In this document: positions 49,547-63,582 of the stretch, piece by piece
Layout: every line of letters starts with the position of its first letter
Position numbering within the stretch: position 1 is the stretch's first letter
Source of the DNA: Squalus acanthias
Taxonomy: Eukaryota
NCBI GenBank assembly: GCA_030390025.1
Contig: CM059425.1
Location: forward strand, 174,160,001-174,224,000
Reading direction: 5' to 3'
DNA length: 64,000 nt
The notes under the pieces: model-generated
Databases searched by the model: none
Told to the model about the DNA's origin: nothing
The model's input: the letters and a program-made list of their open reading frames with translations, nothing else
Program-made: the position numbers and the translations under genes

Positions 49547-51450
49547 ATGAGTGCTGCGAAAGCCAAGGCTGCTCCCCGATTCACTGAGGAGTCCCTGCAA
49601 ACTCTTGTGCAGGGAGTAAGAGGACGCAGGGAGATTCTGATCCCTCCTGATGGCCGGAGGAAGCCTCCTCAGCAGACATAGGCAGCCTGGCTGGGGATTG
49701 CTGAGAAGGTAAGTGCAAGGTCGCTATATACACACGCACCTGGGTCCAGTGCCGAAAACGCTTCAATGATCTTCTGCGAACATCAAAAGTGAGTATCACA
49801 TCACACTTCCCTTCAATCTGCTTCCCTTCTCTTCTCATCACCAGCACTCTGCTTTGTAAGCCTGCTCCTCCACATCCCACCTTACCCTTACTTCCCTTGC
49901 ACCCTTACCTATCCATCTCTCTCTCTCTCTCTACTGAATCACTTCACCATCCTACTATGCACCCCTCACACTTGCTCTTACTGTTATGCAATGACAACAA
50001 CGCACAGGGAGGCAGCTTCTTCTTGCCACCTCACTCCATCTTGGTCTCCCTCTAAGCTTCTAGGTTTTGGATTCTTCACACTCACTCCATCACTCTCGCT
50101 GAAACTCCACTTCTGTCCCTCCTTGCAGGAAAAGCTAGCCCACAATAACAGGGAGAGAGCAAAGATAGGAGGAGGCACACCATCCCTGGCCACATTAACA
50201 AATGCTGAGGAGGCTGCTCATGACATCGTGGGAGGTGGCAAGGAACTGGAAGTGGGGGACGGAGAGACGGGCGCAGTTGAAGAAGCTGGTGACAGAATAT
50301 ATTTTCATCCCTCGCATTTACAATTCATGATTGACTGCAATGGCAGATGATGCTCAGAGAGATTGACTTCTGATCATCTGCACAAAAGGATGTGTCTGCT
50401 AACTGAAAATATGATGTCTAACTCATGCCTTTACTCTCTCACAGGACCATCGAGAGCCCCCCTCCCCACTGTCCAGGAGGAAGAGCCAGACAACTCCTCA
50501 GAGGAACCTGGAGCCTCTGAGGGAGCAGCGTTACCAGGACTCAGCGCACCCAGCACCAGCGCAGAAACGCACATCTCGGGGGGGGGGGGGGGTGGGGGGG
50601 GGGGGTCCTTCGCGACATAGAGTAGTGTTGTCACCTGGTGTATCACAGCTCACAAGTGAGCATCAGCAGATGGTGGAGACAGTGACAGCAGTGGAGAGTC
50701 CTCGTTGGAGGTCGCAGGACTCTCCTAGCTCTGCTCAGCTGTATGTAGACGCTGTGCCTTTGGGGCCATCCAGAAAGAGAGCGGTGCTGGAACTCCAGGA
50801 ACAAGTGCAGGAGTCTCTGACAGGGTTTGCAACCAGGGTAACTGCAAGTGTGCAGAGAATGGAGGAGTCCATCTCTAACAGGAGCACTGCCTTCGTGGAG
50901 GCAATGGCGCATGAACATTCTGCCATGGAGGACATAAGTCGCCAGACTCATAAAAACATGGTGACTCTTCAAAATAGATTGTCTGCTATGGGGGAGAGAT
51001 GGGCATCTATTGAGGAGAGACACCAGAACTTCATGGACATCCTTTTTATGAGGATTGTCAGTACAGAGACAGGTCCTCATGGCCCCCCTGATGTGCAGCA
51101 AGGTGCTCTCCAGCCACTTGCTAGCACTGAAGTGTGGCTGACCCATGAGAGGGATGTTGGTGGCAGGCAACAAGGAAGTGTGGGCTCCTCTCCAAGCGCT
51201 CACACGACCATGCCACTGTGAAGCCCTCGGTCAGAGCCCCACATTACACACCAAACTGAGATGGCCGTCTCAGCCCCTCCATAGCCGTAGTAAGAGCAGA
51301 CTGTGGAGGAGCCCTCCCAGGCTCCCAAACCCAGAGGACGCCCGCCAAAGGCGTCTAAGCAGGCGCAGCATCAAAGTGAGCAAAGTGCCTCTACATCTGC
51401 TGAAGCCACAGGGGAAGCACCATGTAGAAGCACGCCTAAGAGGAAGTTAA
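49547..51450 (+). pseudogene. Harbinger Myb/SANT-like gene, 3 exons, disrupted
   Basis: AAPRFTEESLQTLVQGVRGRREIL...(TAG 49679)...WVQCRKRFNDL|gtgagt at 49789. Exon 2 EKLAHNNRERAKIGGG starts at 50129. Confidence 0.8.
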
Positions 51451-51746
51451 CACACAAATAGTCACAAGGGTAGTCACTTGGGTGTTTTATTGTGCTGTAA
51501 AGTATCGCGTGTCCTCCTTTTGTGATGTCATTAAACAAAAGTGATGGCAAAGAGTTGAGGTTCTGGTCTATGTGTTCTGGAAAATGGAAGTTGCGCAGTG
51601 AGGGTTCAGGGCTAATTCCATTTATAATGATGGTGGTGACAGTGATCGGAAAGCATTGTTTATTGGACAGATGATGTATGGTGTGTTAAGAATCTCGACC
51701 TTATATTCATCTCCATCTGCCAGCCACCTGTGTTTGAAGCGTGAGC

Positions 51747-52917
51747 TCACGCGAATCTGGCATGGATGAATGCATCCCTTGCCTGACGGCCAGCAATGTG
51801 GTCGCGTGCCGCTGCATTGGCCACATCCGGACCCGCAAGGCGTGGCTTCTCGTCCTCCTCCTCTGAGGAGTGTGCGCGCTGAGCCACTTGGTCGTCCAGA
51901 AGCACTAAGCCACGCTGCTGTGCGATGTTGTGCCGGGCACAGCAGACCACGATGATTCTGGAGACCCTGGCTAGTGCATACTGCAGGGCTCCACCAGATC
52001 TGTCCAGGCATCGGAATCGCATTTTGAGCAAGCCGATGGTTTGCTCTATGATGCTTCTGGTGGAAATGTGGCTCACATTGTACCGCTCCTCAGCTTCGTT
52101 TGATGGCAGCCTCATTGGTGTCATGAGCCACTTTTTCAGGGGATAGCCCTTGTCGCCAAGTAGCCATCTAGAAAGTTGGGTTGGCGGACGGAAGAGCTGA
52201 GGCACAGTAGACTGCCGCAGGATGAAGGAGTCATGGCAACTGCCAGGGTACTTTGCGCAAACATGCATGATGATCTTCCTGTGGTTACACACCAGCTGGA
52301 CGTTCAGGGAGTGGAATCCCTTGCAGTTAACAAAAACAGCTGGGTTGTGAAAGGGGGCCCTAATGGCTACATGTGCAGTCTATGACGCCTTGCACCATTG
52401 GCAGGCCTGCCATATTTGCAAAGTCAACCGCACGTGCGGTCACACTTGGGCCATCCGAGGAGAAGTGGATGTAAGTGTGCGACATTGCAAAGAGGGCATC
52501 GGTGACCTGCATGATGCAGGTGTGTGCGACCGACTGGGAGATGCTGCTGATGTCTGCAGTTGATCCCTGGAAGGAGCCCAAAGCAAAGAAGTTTATTGCG
52601 GTGGTGACTTTGACAGCCACTGGTAAGGTGTGTCCACACGCTCCTCTGGGCTCCAGGTGTTGGTGCAGCATTGCGCAGATATCAGCAACTACCTCTCTCA
52701 AAAGTCTCAGTCTCCTTTGGCACTGCTGCTCAGTCATGCTGAGGAAGCTGATCCCCTGCCTGTAAACCCTGTGTTGGGGGTATCTCCTGCGGCAAGGTGC
52801 AGCATCAGGTGGTTGAGGAGGAGGTTGGCGCTCCTGGTGCTGGTGTTGTGGCTGGTTGTGCTGCTGCTCTTCCTCAGAATCCGACGACCAGGATGAGAGG
52901 GTGTAAATGGTTCCCAT
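51747..52917 (-). pseudogene. Harbinger transposase pseudogene
   Basis: ORFs 52360-52917 (GVIDCT) and 51747-52292 ([25 protein letters not shown]) are separated by a frameshift near 52370. Confidence 0.9.
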
Positions 52918-53454
52918 ACCGTTGCTATAGATTTCAGTTGAGGAAAGAAGCTTGCAAGCGCACAGTCAAAGTGGCCTGAGGATATTCCAAACAGGTGACA
53001 CTGCAGATGGCTCTCAGCTTGAACACTCAAGTTCAGTAGAGTTGCAAAATCTTTTCCAAAACATCAAACAATAAAGTTGTGGCATTTGAATGTCAGCCAT
53101 GTTGCAGGAGCGCTTTTAAGCTGCTGCAGCAACTGACAACAATTCATGACCACGAGAAACCCGACTCATTGCAGCTGGCGTGTTTCTCGGAAGACGGGAA
53201 ACATGGAAAAAATGCACCAAAATCGGAAACCCCTATTAAAATAGGATTAGAAAGGCAGTTAACAAGCTGTTAACTGCCGAACTGACCCGACACTTGCGAA
53301 AGTAGCGTGGAGGCAGGACGGAGGTGGGTTCACATCCTGCTGGCAATTTTTCCGATTTTTGCTGCCAACCCACCTCCAAACCTGCCCTCTCAGCTGAATT
53401 AAATGCGTGACCGAAGTACTTCCTTGACTGTGAAGTGCTTTGAAATACACAGAA

Positions 53455-54100
53455 GTTACAACGTGGAAACAGGTCATTCAGCCCAACCAATTTGTATTGG
53501 TGTTTACCCTCTACACAAGGAAATAGTTCTAATGACATTTATTCACCCCGTTCCCATAGAACTTCAACCCCTTTTCCTTCATACATCTGTCCAATGTACT
53601 CTTGAATGTTGACATAAGTTTCTGCCTCAATAACTAACCCTGGAAGTAAATTCCATAGCCTCACAACTCTGTGCACAGAAGTTTCTCCTGCACCTGTTCT
53701 AAATCTCCTACATTTAATCTTGTCTCTATGGGCACTCACTTTAGATCCCTGTTACTGGAATGTCTGCTTCTATCTACCCTTTCCCATCCTTTCATAATTT
53801 TAAACATTTCTATTAAATCTATGTTATCCCAATAAAAAATACATATTTATCAAGTCTTTCTTCGTATTTGTGTTTCCTCATAATAGGCAGAATGTTATAC
53901 CCTCTCTAAAGCTTTAATATCCTTCCTATAATGTGGAGCTCAATACTGCCTATGAACATGTACCCCCAAATCCCTCTGCTCTTTCACAGCACCAAGTCTA
54001 CTTCCATTCAGAATATAATTACTGCTGTTATTTTTTTTTACCAAAATGCATCACATCACACTTACTGATATTGAATTCTATCTGCCACTTTTTAACCCAT
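53455..54100 (-). mobile_element. Old CR1 LINE 3' fragment
   Basis: RVVRLWNLLP motif, accaaaatgcatcac (VMHFG) and a decayed CR1 3' UTR. Confidence 0.7.
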
Positions 54101-57100
54101 TAGTTCATGCATCCATTGCATTTTCTTTGGCTTAACTAACTCATCCATCATAATATTGCTCATTTCCTCTCAACTATTTCAAGATTCACCTGCTTCCCAA
54201 TATCCTTATTAAATACCTTGCTTTTAACAATTGTCTTTGGGACATCTTGAGGGTGTGAAAAAGGCTATATAAATACGATTTCGTTCTTTTTTTGCTGCCT
54301 TCAACCTCCGTGCATCTTATTTTCCAAGAATGGAGATATCTGAGATGCTTTGCCTAGGCTTCTGGTAATATCACTCCTTATTGGACAACAGCAGTTTGAT
54401 AGGTTTGTCTGATAAACTTTCATTCTCTCCCACCAACTAAACTGGAACACTCCACCACTGTGACAGATCTATTTAACATCACAGTCAAGAATCGACTTCT
54501 ATTTTACTTTAGGAGTATGCCAACTTCAAACGTCAATCAACATCATAACTTGTTGTTATACTCTTACATTGATTTCTGCACTATGCTCATCCTTCAAAAC
54601 TTCCACAAAGTAGTTGACTTTAAACATAGAAAACAATATTGGAACTTCGGTGTTGTCAAGTGAGTCATTGAAATAACTGTTTCTCATAAAAATTCCACTT
54701 CCATTTTCAACTGCTCAAAGCATGCAGCAGACAAACTGATCACCATGAGCAACATATGCCAGAAGCAGCAGTGGCCCTGGATAAAAATTAACTTCAGCAA
54801 ATGATGGAATAACTCAAATGTATAGATTATAAAATGCTACAAAGTAAGTTAAAGGTAGAATTTCATCTCAGGGTTTAGGACATGTTCAGAAACCACTCAA
54901 ATTTCACTCAGTTTCAGGTAAACTGATATCCATAGATAGATTTACTTCTTTTTCAATCCCTCCCTGACATCTAATATTCCAGAACAATATCTTTTGGTTA
55001 CATTTTTTTAGAAAATATTACAGTTAAGAAGAGAAGTAATACACACTAAAGTTAACACAACATGCAACGCCCTCAATGTGGTCCAACATTTTAGACTTTC
55101 TCCTGGTGATGAAACCACTCAGTCTGTGCTGTGGCAAAGTCTCACCTACAGAAGACTGAAAAACATGGTGGCAGTGCCAAAACAAAAACGTTACTGCCAC
55201 CATCCCATCTATCTCCCAACCTCCTACTTGTATCCTGGCTGAGTGTCATGCAGTTTCACTGGAACTTACTTCTTCTTAGCATAGTTCATACAAGGAGAAA
55301 ATACTATGGATACAAGCTGTACTAGCACAGGCACAGCTTCCTTTTGAAGTTTTTTGATACTCCTTGCTGTAACAACACCAACAGGGGCTACACATGAAGT
55401 AGATTCCACCGAGATCACTTGAATGGAAATGTGGAAGGGAGGCTTGTTGCCGTGTTAATTCATTGCCATAAATTTAAGCATGGAGCACAGCAGCAACTAG
55501 TTGCTGTATACTGGCTGGAGCTGAATATTAGAAAATGCAGAATGAACAAAACCTTAAGTGGATCACCTGCTTATTTACAATTCTGGAAGTTTGCAATATT
55601 TCTAGCAGCAAATGGAAGCAAATTACTCAAGGTTTTCTGATGATTCTTCTCCCATTTGACACTAGATATAAAAATACTTCACTAATGTATATCGAGTATG
55701 ATTTGCCAGGTAGTGAGTCTTTTGCGCTGAGTCTTTTGCTCTCCCCCTTTGATTGGGCACATTTCCAGGGGGTGGAACTTCCACATGCCCTTGAGATAGA
55801 TCAATGACCCCAGCTATATTTCCAGTACTGTAGTCATTTATATGCAGGCTCCTCAGCCTTCACTAGGGTATGAATACTTGCTGTTAAAACAAGGAGTAAA
55901 ATAATGCTTCAAAAGGAAGCCTTGAATGTGCTAGTACAGCTTGCGGCCATAGTATTTTCTCCTTGTTTGAACTATGCTGAGAAGAGGTAGGTGTCATGGC
56001 TTGGGGTCCTGTAACAGGAAGAGGAAGAGGTGAATTCTCTTTTAATTTTTATTTTCCACAGAATTTTTTAAATTTCAATGATAAGGTTCTGACAACAACC
56101 TCATAGGTCTCTCTTCGCTTCATGTTCCTAGGGCCTCTGTTGGACACTGGGGTCTAACAGCATTCCTGCGGTGTTTTGCTAATTTTCATATGGGTGGGTG
56201 TATTGTTCCCTGACAGAACCGGCCCCCAGAAAACAGAGGGGAGGCACATCCCCGAGTAGCTGTTCGCCTCCACCAGCCCCAGAACAGCTGAAAATCATTG
56301 TGGGGATGTGAGGTGGAAAGCCTAGGCCAGTAATTTCATCTATGAGTTTATGGGAAGTTCAGAAACTGGTCAAACTTCACTCTCAGTTTCAAGTATTCTG
56401 AATTTCCTGGATGTATTTACTGCCTTATCATACCCTTCCTAACATCCAATATTATACAACTTATTTACATTTTTTGGTTACTTCTTTACCCAATGAACTT
56501 TGAGATATGGGTTTAAACCATGCCAAAAATGGAAAATCTGGGCTCTAGTCTCTGGTAATGTTGATTTAATAAAGACAGTGAAATGTGTTGGAGGGAGAGG
56601 AACAAGCTGTATATAAAATGGGAAACAATTTCCTGGAACTGGTTTCCAAGTATTTCATGCTTTTCTAAAAATGCACTTGAAAACATTCATACACCAGAAC
56701 TGTTCCATTCCTTTTCAACCTCTGTCCTTTGACCATCTCATGACAATGCCTGAATGAAAACTAACGCCTGCATGAAAAGTAACAAAGAGCACAGTGAAAA
56801 TGTGCCTAATTCGATAATCATCTAATTCTATGAAAGAGAAGTCTCGGGTTTGAAGCTAATTTTTGACTCTGAATAATCAAATGATGTTGTGAGGGGCAGG
56901 CTAAAATCTGGGCTAACATCCAAAAGGCATTGTGCTGTACAGTTCCTTCCAGCTGCAAAAACATTTTTTTCTTGAACACTTTCCATCGTAAAAAGGGTTT
57001 AAAATCCCATATGGTCAGAGATTATTGATTCCTCTGAAGGACAGGAAGTACAGCTTGTTACAGTGGTACAGTGCTACTTTTCAGTACTAGAAAGACAAAG

Positions 57101-57789
57101 ATCAGTTTGTTTAGGGAAGATGCATTTGGAGGAGCCTTGTCCTCAACAGCAGACGTTTCACATATGGAACAGTCAAGAGTTTTATTAAATTAACTGTGAC
57201 CCTTTGTGTCATAGCACATGAAGAACACAAGTGTGTAACATTATACAGGTTCTAAATATCTGTACAAATGAGTTTTTAATAATCTTAGTTTTATTTTGGG
57301 TGAACATTATGCTAATTGAAGGTCACTGAACAGATGCAAAATAAAATTCCCTCTACTCTGCCGCAAAAGAGAACAAGTTTCTGGAGGAATCTAAAGCATG
57401 CCGTTAAAAGTCAGTTACAAAAATTAAAACCAGTCATTTTTTTGGTCACTTGTCCTAATATCTTTTTTATATGGTTCGGCAGCCATTTTTTCCCATATGC
57501 CTCTGTAAAATGCTTTGGGACATTCTTCTACGTTAAATGCACTGGGGGTGAATTTCCACAGGTGTTCTCGTGCGTACTGCATTTCCTACATTACAACAAT
57601 GACGACACTTCAAAAGCACTTCATTGGCTGTAAAGCGCTTTGGGACATCCGGTGGTTGTGAAAGGCGCTATATAAATGCAAGTCTTTCTTTCTAGCTTTC
57701 GCTCATCTGCCATAACTTCGGTGAGTGAGCAGCAGAAACCTTGAAAAATTGCGTAAGCAATATTTACTTCGCCTTTCCAGGGTTAAAAT

Positions 57790-60700
57790 GAACATAGATT
57801 CCTAACGGCACAGAAAGAGGCCATTCGGCCCATCGAGTCCGTGCCGGCTCTCTGTAGAGCAATCCAGTCAGTCCCATTCCCCCACTCTATCCCCGTAGCC
57901 CTGCAAGTTTATTTCCCTCAAGTATCTATCCAGTCTCCCCTTGAAAACATTGAGTGTCTCCGCTTCAACCACTTCCGTCGGCAGCCAGTTCCAGGTCATC
58001 ACCACTCGCGGTGTAAAAAGGATTTTCCTCACATCCCCCCTGTATCTCTTGCCCAAAACCTTAAATCTGTGTCCCCTAGTCCTTGTACCAACAACTAGTG
58101 GGAACAGCCTTTCCCCGTCTAGCCTATCCAAACCCATCATAATCTTGTACACCTCTATCAAATCACCCCTCAACCTCCTTTGCTCTAATGAAAACAAATC
58201 CAGCTTCTCCAACCTGTCCTTGTAACTAAGATTCCCCATCCCCGGAACCATTCTGGTAAATCTCCTCTGCACCCTCTCAAGGACCTTCACATCCTTCCTA
58301 AAGTGTGCTGACCAGAACTGGACGCAATACTCCAGTGTTTTATAAAGGTTCAGCATAACCTCTCTACTTTTGTACTCAATACCTTTATTTATGAAGCCCA
58401 AGATCCCATATGCTTTGCTAACCACTCTCTCAATATGTCCTGCCACCTTCAGGGACAAATGCACATTAACTCCCTGCACACTCTTTAAAACTATGCCATT
58501 AAGTGTATATTGCCTCTCCCAGTTCCTACTGCCAAAATGCATCACCTCACACTTCTCTGTATTAAATTCTATCTGCCACTTGTCTGCCCATTCTGCTAGC
58601 CTTTCTATGTCCTGTTGCAGTTGATTGGTATCATCCTCACTGTTTGCCACACCCCCAAGTTTGGTGTCATCGGCAAATTTAGAAATTCTACTTTGTATTC
58701 CAATCTCCAGGTCATTTATAGATATCAAAAAAAGCAGGGGCCCCAGCACTGACCCTTGGGGAACACCACTGTCTACCATCCTCCAGTCTGAAAAACAGTC
58801 ATTTACCACAACTCGCTGTTTTCTGTCCTTAAGCCAATTCCTTATCCAAGCTGCCACTGACCCACCTATTCCATGAGCCTCAATTTTGTTAACCAGCCTT
58901 CTATGTGGTACTTTGTCAAACGCCTTCCTAAAATCCACGTAGACAACATCCATTGCATTCCCTTCATCGATCCTCCCTGTTACTTCATCAAAAAATTCAA
59001 TTAGATTAGTCAAACATGATCTGCCTTTTACAAATCCGTGTTGGCTGTCCTTAATTGGCTTAAACCTCTCCAAGTGCCCGTTAATTTTTTCTTTGATTAT
59101 TGTTTCTAAAACTTTACCCACCACTGACGTTAAACTAGTTACTAGGATTGTCCTTACACCCTTTCTTGAACAATGGTGTCACATTTGCCACTTTCCAATC
59201 CTCAGGTACCTCCCCCGCATCTAGGGAAGATTGGAAAATTATGGCAAGCCCTTCCGCTATCTCCTCCCCAATTCCCTTAGCAATCTGGGATGCAAGCCAT
59301 CTGGACCAGGTGACTTTTCCACTCTAAGCATACCCAGCCTTTCTAGTACATCCTGTCTATCAATTTTCACCCCTTCCATTGCTTCTATCTTTTCCACTGC
59401 TACCGATATTTTGTCAGCATCCACCTCCTTAGTAAACACTGATACAAAGTACTCATTGAGTATTCTAGCCTTGCCCTGCGCCTCTAAGCATATATCACCT
59501 TCTTTGTCGCCAATAGGCCCCATCCCACCTCTTACTACCCGCTTACTGTTTACATGCCGGTAGAAGATTTTTGGGTTCCCTTTCATGTTAACCGCCATTC
59601 TACTCTCATATTCTCTCTTTGCCAATCTTATTTTCATCTTCAATTCCCCTCTCAACTTATTGTATTTGGTCTGCTTCTCCCTTGAAGAATTCACCCAACA
59701 TGCATCATACACCCTCTTTTTTGTTTCATCATCTTCTCTATCTCTCCTCGTCATCCAAGGAGCCCTTGCTTTGGTTCCCTTACCCTTCCCTCTTGTTGGA
59801 ATGTACCTAGCCTGTACTTGGAACATCTCCTCCTTAAAGATCACCCATTGTTCCATTACAGTTTTTCCTGACAGTCTTTGGTTCCATTTTACCCTGGCTA
59901 GATCCTTTCGCATCCCATTGAAGTTAGCCCTATTTCAGTTTAGAAGTTCCACTCTAGATTGTTCCTTGCTCCTCTCCATTGCTAATCTAAATCTTATGAT
60001 ACAATGATCACTCGTACCCAAGTGTTCTCCCACAGACACTTGGTCGACCTGGCCCACCTCATTCCCCAGCACCAGATCCAGCAATGCCTCCTTCCTAGTT
60101 GGGCCAAGAACATATTGGTCAAGGAAATTCTCCTGAACACATTTCAGAAATTCCTCCCCCTCCTTTCCCTTTACCCTAGCATTATCCCAATCAATATTTG
60201 GGTAATTAAAGTCCCCCAATATCACCACTCTATAGCTCTTGCATATCTCTGCAATTTCCCTGCAAATTTGCTCCTCTCCTCCCTCTCACTATTTGGGGGC
60301 CTGTAGAATACCCCAATAACGTGATCATACCCTTTTTGCTCCTCAACTCTAACCAAATGGATTCTGTCCTTGTCCCCTGAAGAACATCCTCCCTTTTCAA
60401 CACTACAATGTCTTCCTTAATCAGCACTGCCACCCCACCTCCCTTTTTTCCTTCCCTATCTTTTTTGAACCTTGTACCCTTGAATATTAAGTGTCCAGTC
60501 CTCACCGTTTTTAAGCCACGTTTCAGTTATTGCCACAACATCATATTGCCACATGGCTAATTGTGCTTGTAGCTCACCAACCTTATTCGCCACACTTTGT
60601 GCATTTACGTACATGCATTCTAAACCCATTTTTGAATTTTTGTAGTCTTTCTTTGTCTGCTCCTATCCAATATGGTGCTACTTCCGCCTCTAGTACTACT

Positions 60701-61050
60701 TTCTTCTCTAGTACTATCCAACACACTCACTCTTTTATGCACCTTATTCCTCTTTTCTACTCCTATATGCTGGTGCCCATCCCCCTGCCAAGTTAGGTTA
60801 AACCCTCCCCAACAGCACTAGCAAACCTCCCTGCGAGAATATTGGTCCCGGCTCTGTTGAATTGTAACCCGTCCGGCTTGTACAGGTCCCACCTTCCCCA
60901 GAAACGGTCCCAATGCCTCAGGAATCTAAAGCCCTCCCTCCTGCACCATCTCTCCAGCCACACATTCATCTGTTCGATCCTCCTATTCCTGTGCTCACTA
61001 GATTACTCCCTAGCTCCCTAAACTCTGCCTGCAGGACCTCATCCTTCTTG
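57790..61050 (-). mobile_element. Long CR1 LINE: ORF1 esterase-like end plus near-complete disrupted ORF2 (EN + RT)
   Basis: About 60795-60970 reads WLERWCRREGFRFLRHWDRFWGRWDLYKPDG (SGNH-like ORF1). Then KKDREGKKGGGVAVLIK, GDFNYP, SDH and the RT ORF 57868-59124. Confidence 0.95.
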
Positions 61051-61617
61051 ATAAGCATCCTTCCTGGTTCCAGATGCTGATCAGAACATTCAGTTACAAT
61101 TTAAGTCAATGGAAATGAAAATCGGGATAGATGTATAACAGGCGGCTGATTTGATATCGCTCGTTTTACACTATTGCCTAAAGTCAAAATTAGCCCCAGT
61201 GAATGAAGAGGACTGCTGAATTTCTCAACAGACAGGAAGCACATGTAAGCAAGTAAGAATGCAGCCTTCATATTATGTACTGTTAATATTATTGATTTTG
61301 ACTTGACTAAATAGATTGGGTTAACTGAAGCCTCAACTGAACAGATAATTTGTTGGCCAAATAAATGGTTCAATAAAGTGAACTTGACCACTAACAGAAA
61401 TGGGAGAACAGTAAATAGAATTCAAGTCCTCAAGGATTTTTTTTGAATGCATTTATTTGTAGTCTGTGGTTCCCTGCATAAATGTCCAAGCCAAGGTTTG
61501 TTAACTTTGGAGCAGTGCCTTGTTTGGCAGCATGTGAACGAAGCACTTTGAGCAAATCAATGGAGCCTCTAAAAGGTGACAGCTACAATGTATTATGCTC
61601 ACACTTAAATTTCTTAC

Positions 61618-61699
61618 CGAAGGAACACTTCCATCCTTGTAGCTGGTCTTCAGCAGTCTCTAGGTGACATGGGTGACACCAGGTCAAAACTTTGCCAGG
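61618..61699 (-). other. Candidate 82-nt exon of the host gene
   Basis: Acceptor gtctttttttttgcaaag and donor CG|gtaaga. GC-richer than the flanks. Confidence 0.5.
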
Positions 61700-62388
61700 C
61701 TTTGCAAAAAAAAAGACAAACGTATTATTTCTTAAGTATCAATACACTGTAATAGCAAAAAGACATAAACTTAATCCATTTTACATGACTGAAAAGAGCA
61801 GATATATATATATATATATATAAAACATTTACTGGATACAATTTAATAACATGCAGACTTTAGCGGCTGTTACAGCACACAAATAGAGATGCATCACTTT
61901 GTGGGCTTTGAAACTTTGCGCTGTTTGTTTGAGCATTCAGAGTTGTAGGGAATACGTCGTGTGATGGGAAAGTACAATCAGCGATAGGGTACCATGAAGT
62001 AACAACGTTTCAAACCTAATGTAAGAATATCAAAAAAGTGATTACAAAAAAATGAAAACAACTCATGATTTACCCAACAATAAGGGATGTTGCTCTGTGG
62101 TTTCAAGTAAAGGGCTCCAAGTAGTGCATTAAGCATTTTTCACTTCATTTTGTGATTCATTTTGGTGATACTTTCACCAAAGCATTTCTAGCCAAAACAG
62201 TCCTTTACAACAGAAAAGAGGCCAATAAATAACAACATGCCATTTAAGCTGGTAGTTGGAGCAAGCATTAGGCTACAAAAAAAAATCTCATGCTTGACCT
62301 CTGGCACCCAGTACAATGCCTTCAAGTATTTCTATACTTCTAGAAACAACAAAGGTCAAATTCATCAAACACCCCTCCTCATAGTTAC

Positions 62389-62411
62389 CTTGGCGACACC
62401 CTGTTATGCCA
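62389..62411 (-). other. Candidate 23-nt microexon
   Basis: Acceptor tttcttttttatattaag; exon TGGCATAACAGGGTGTCGCCAAG; donor AAG|gtaact. Confidence 0.4.
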
Positions 62412-63582
62412 CTTAATATAAAAAAGAAATCAAGTCTTCTCATATTGTGTAGCCAAAACTTATGGAATGCATCATGAATGGAATTAACTTAATAGACCCA
62501 AAATTGAGTAATAGTGTACAAAAGTGTATTATAACACTCAAAGTTCGATTAAGGAATACCACATCACACCCACTTAGCTAAAAAGTGAGAGCCTCCTGAA
62601 CTAGTTGTGAAGGACTTTCCACAAAGGTTTTGCTACAAATGCAGTTGGTGGTAAGGGCATTTGCCTAAAAAACTGGAGTGGTGCCAACACAGCACATGGA
62701 AAAGATCATGCATCTGCAAAAGAATTACATAACAGCAACTTTCTGTTTAAGTAAAACATCAGCTGAGTTATCTTTTTTACACTGAGAAAATGAAGCATGC
62801 AACACTTATCTCAGTACAGTAGTTATTCTTGAGAAGAAAAAAGGTACATTACTGTTCCATAAGGATTCATTCCAGAATATAGCGACAGCAGCCCAGCCAG
62901 TTAGCTGCAGCAAACTTCACTGACGTAATTCTAAAATTTACTCCAGGCCTGGATGATATCAGGGGAGCACTGAGGAAGTAAAAATATGCAGAGTGTTGGC
63001 ATTTTGTTAGATGGAGTACAGGGAGAGCATAGTAAAGAGGAAGAGTGCAGCTGCAATGAAATCCATCCCATATGGAGAAGGATGTTACTTACAGCAGTAG
63101 AACTCCAGGACTATGATAATATCACTAGGTATAATATGTAGCCATTTCATCCCAACTGGTACTTCTAAGTTTAAAGGTGGTTTTACAGCACGACTGAAAA
63201 GGCAACAGTGCATTTACTCCTTTATTACTGTTGTTGTACAATTTAGGTGTGCCCAGTTTTCATGGAGAGGAAAGATCAATTTTTAAAAACTAATGTCAAC
63301 ATCATGCATAGCTGGATTTAAAGATTTGCATTCAAAGCTATACCAAATATCGACAAAAATGGAAAGCTAGATTTCCAGAAGTCTGGGCATCACAATCTTA
63401 CACACAGCCCTGACATCCAAGCCAGAAAACAACAAGAACAATGTGCACTTATATTGCATCTTTAACATAAATAATTGGGCAAAAGGGGGATGCACAAGTG
63501 GTCGAACTCAAAGAAAAGAAGAAATTTGGGGAGAGGAGGAGAAGTTGTCAGGCTGGATAGGGTGGGACAAGGTTATGGAGGT

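Larger units (their letters stand above)
49297..53412. mobile_element. Decayed full-length Harbinger transposon (4.1 kb)
   Basis: TIR-like ggcctcgattttaa / ttaaatgcgtgacc. Convergent Myb (+) and transposase (-) pseudogenes. Inserted in a SINE. Confidence 0.88.
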
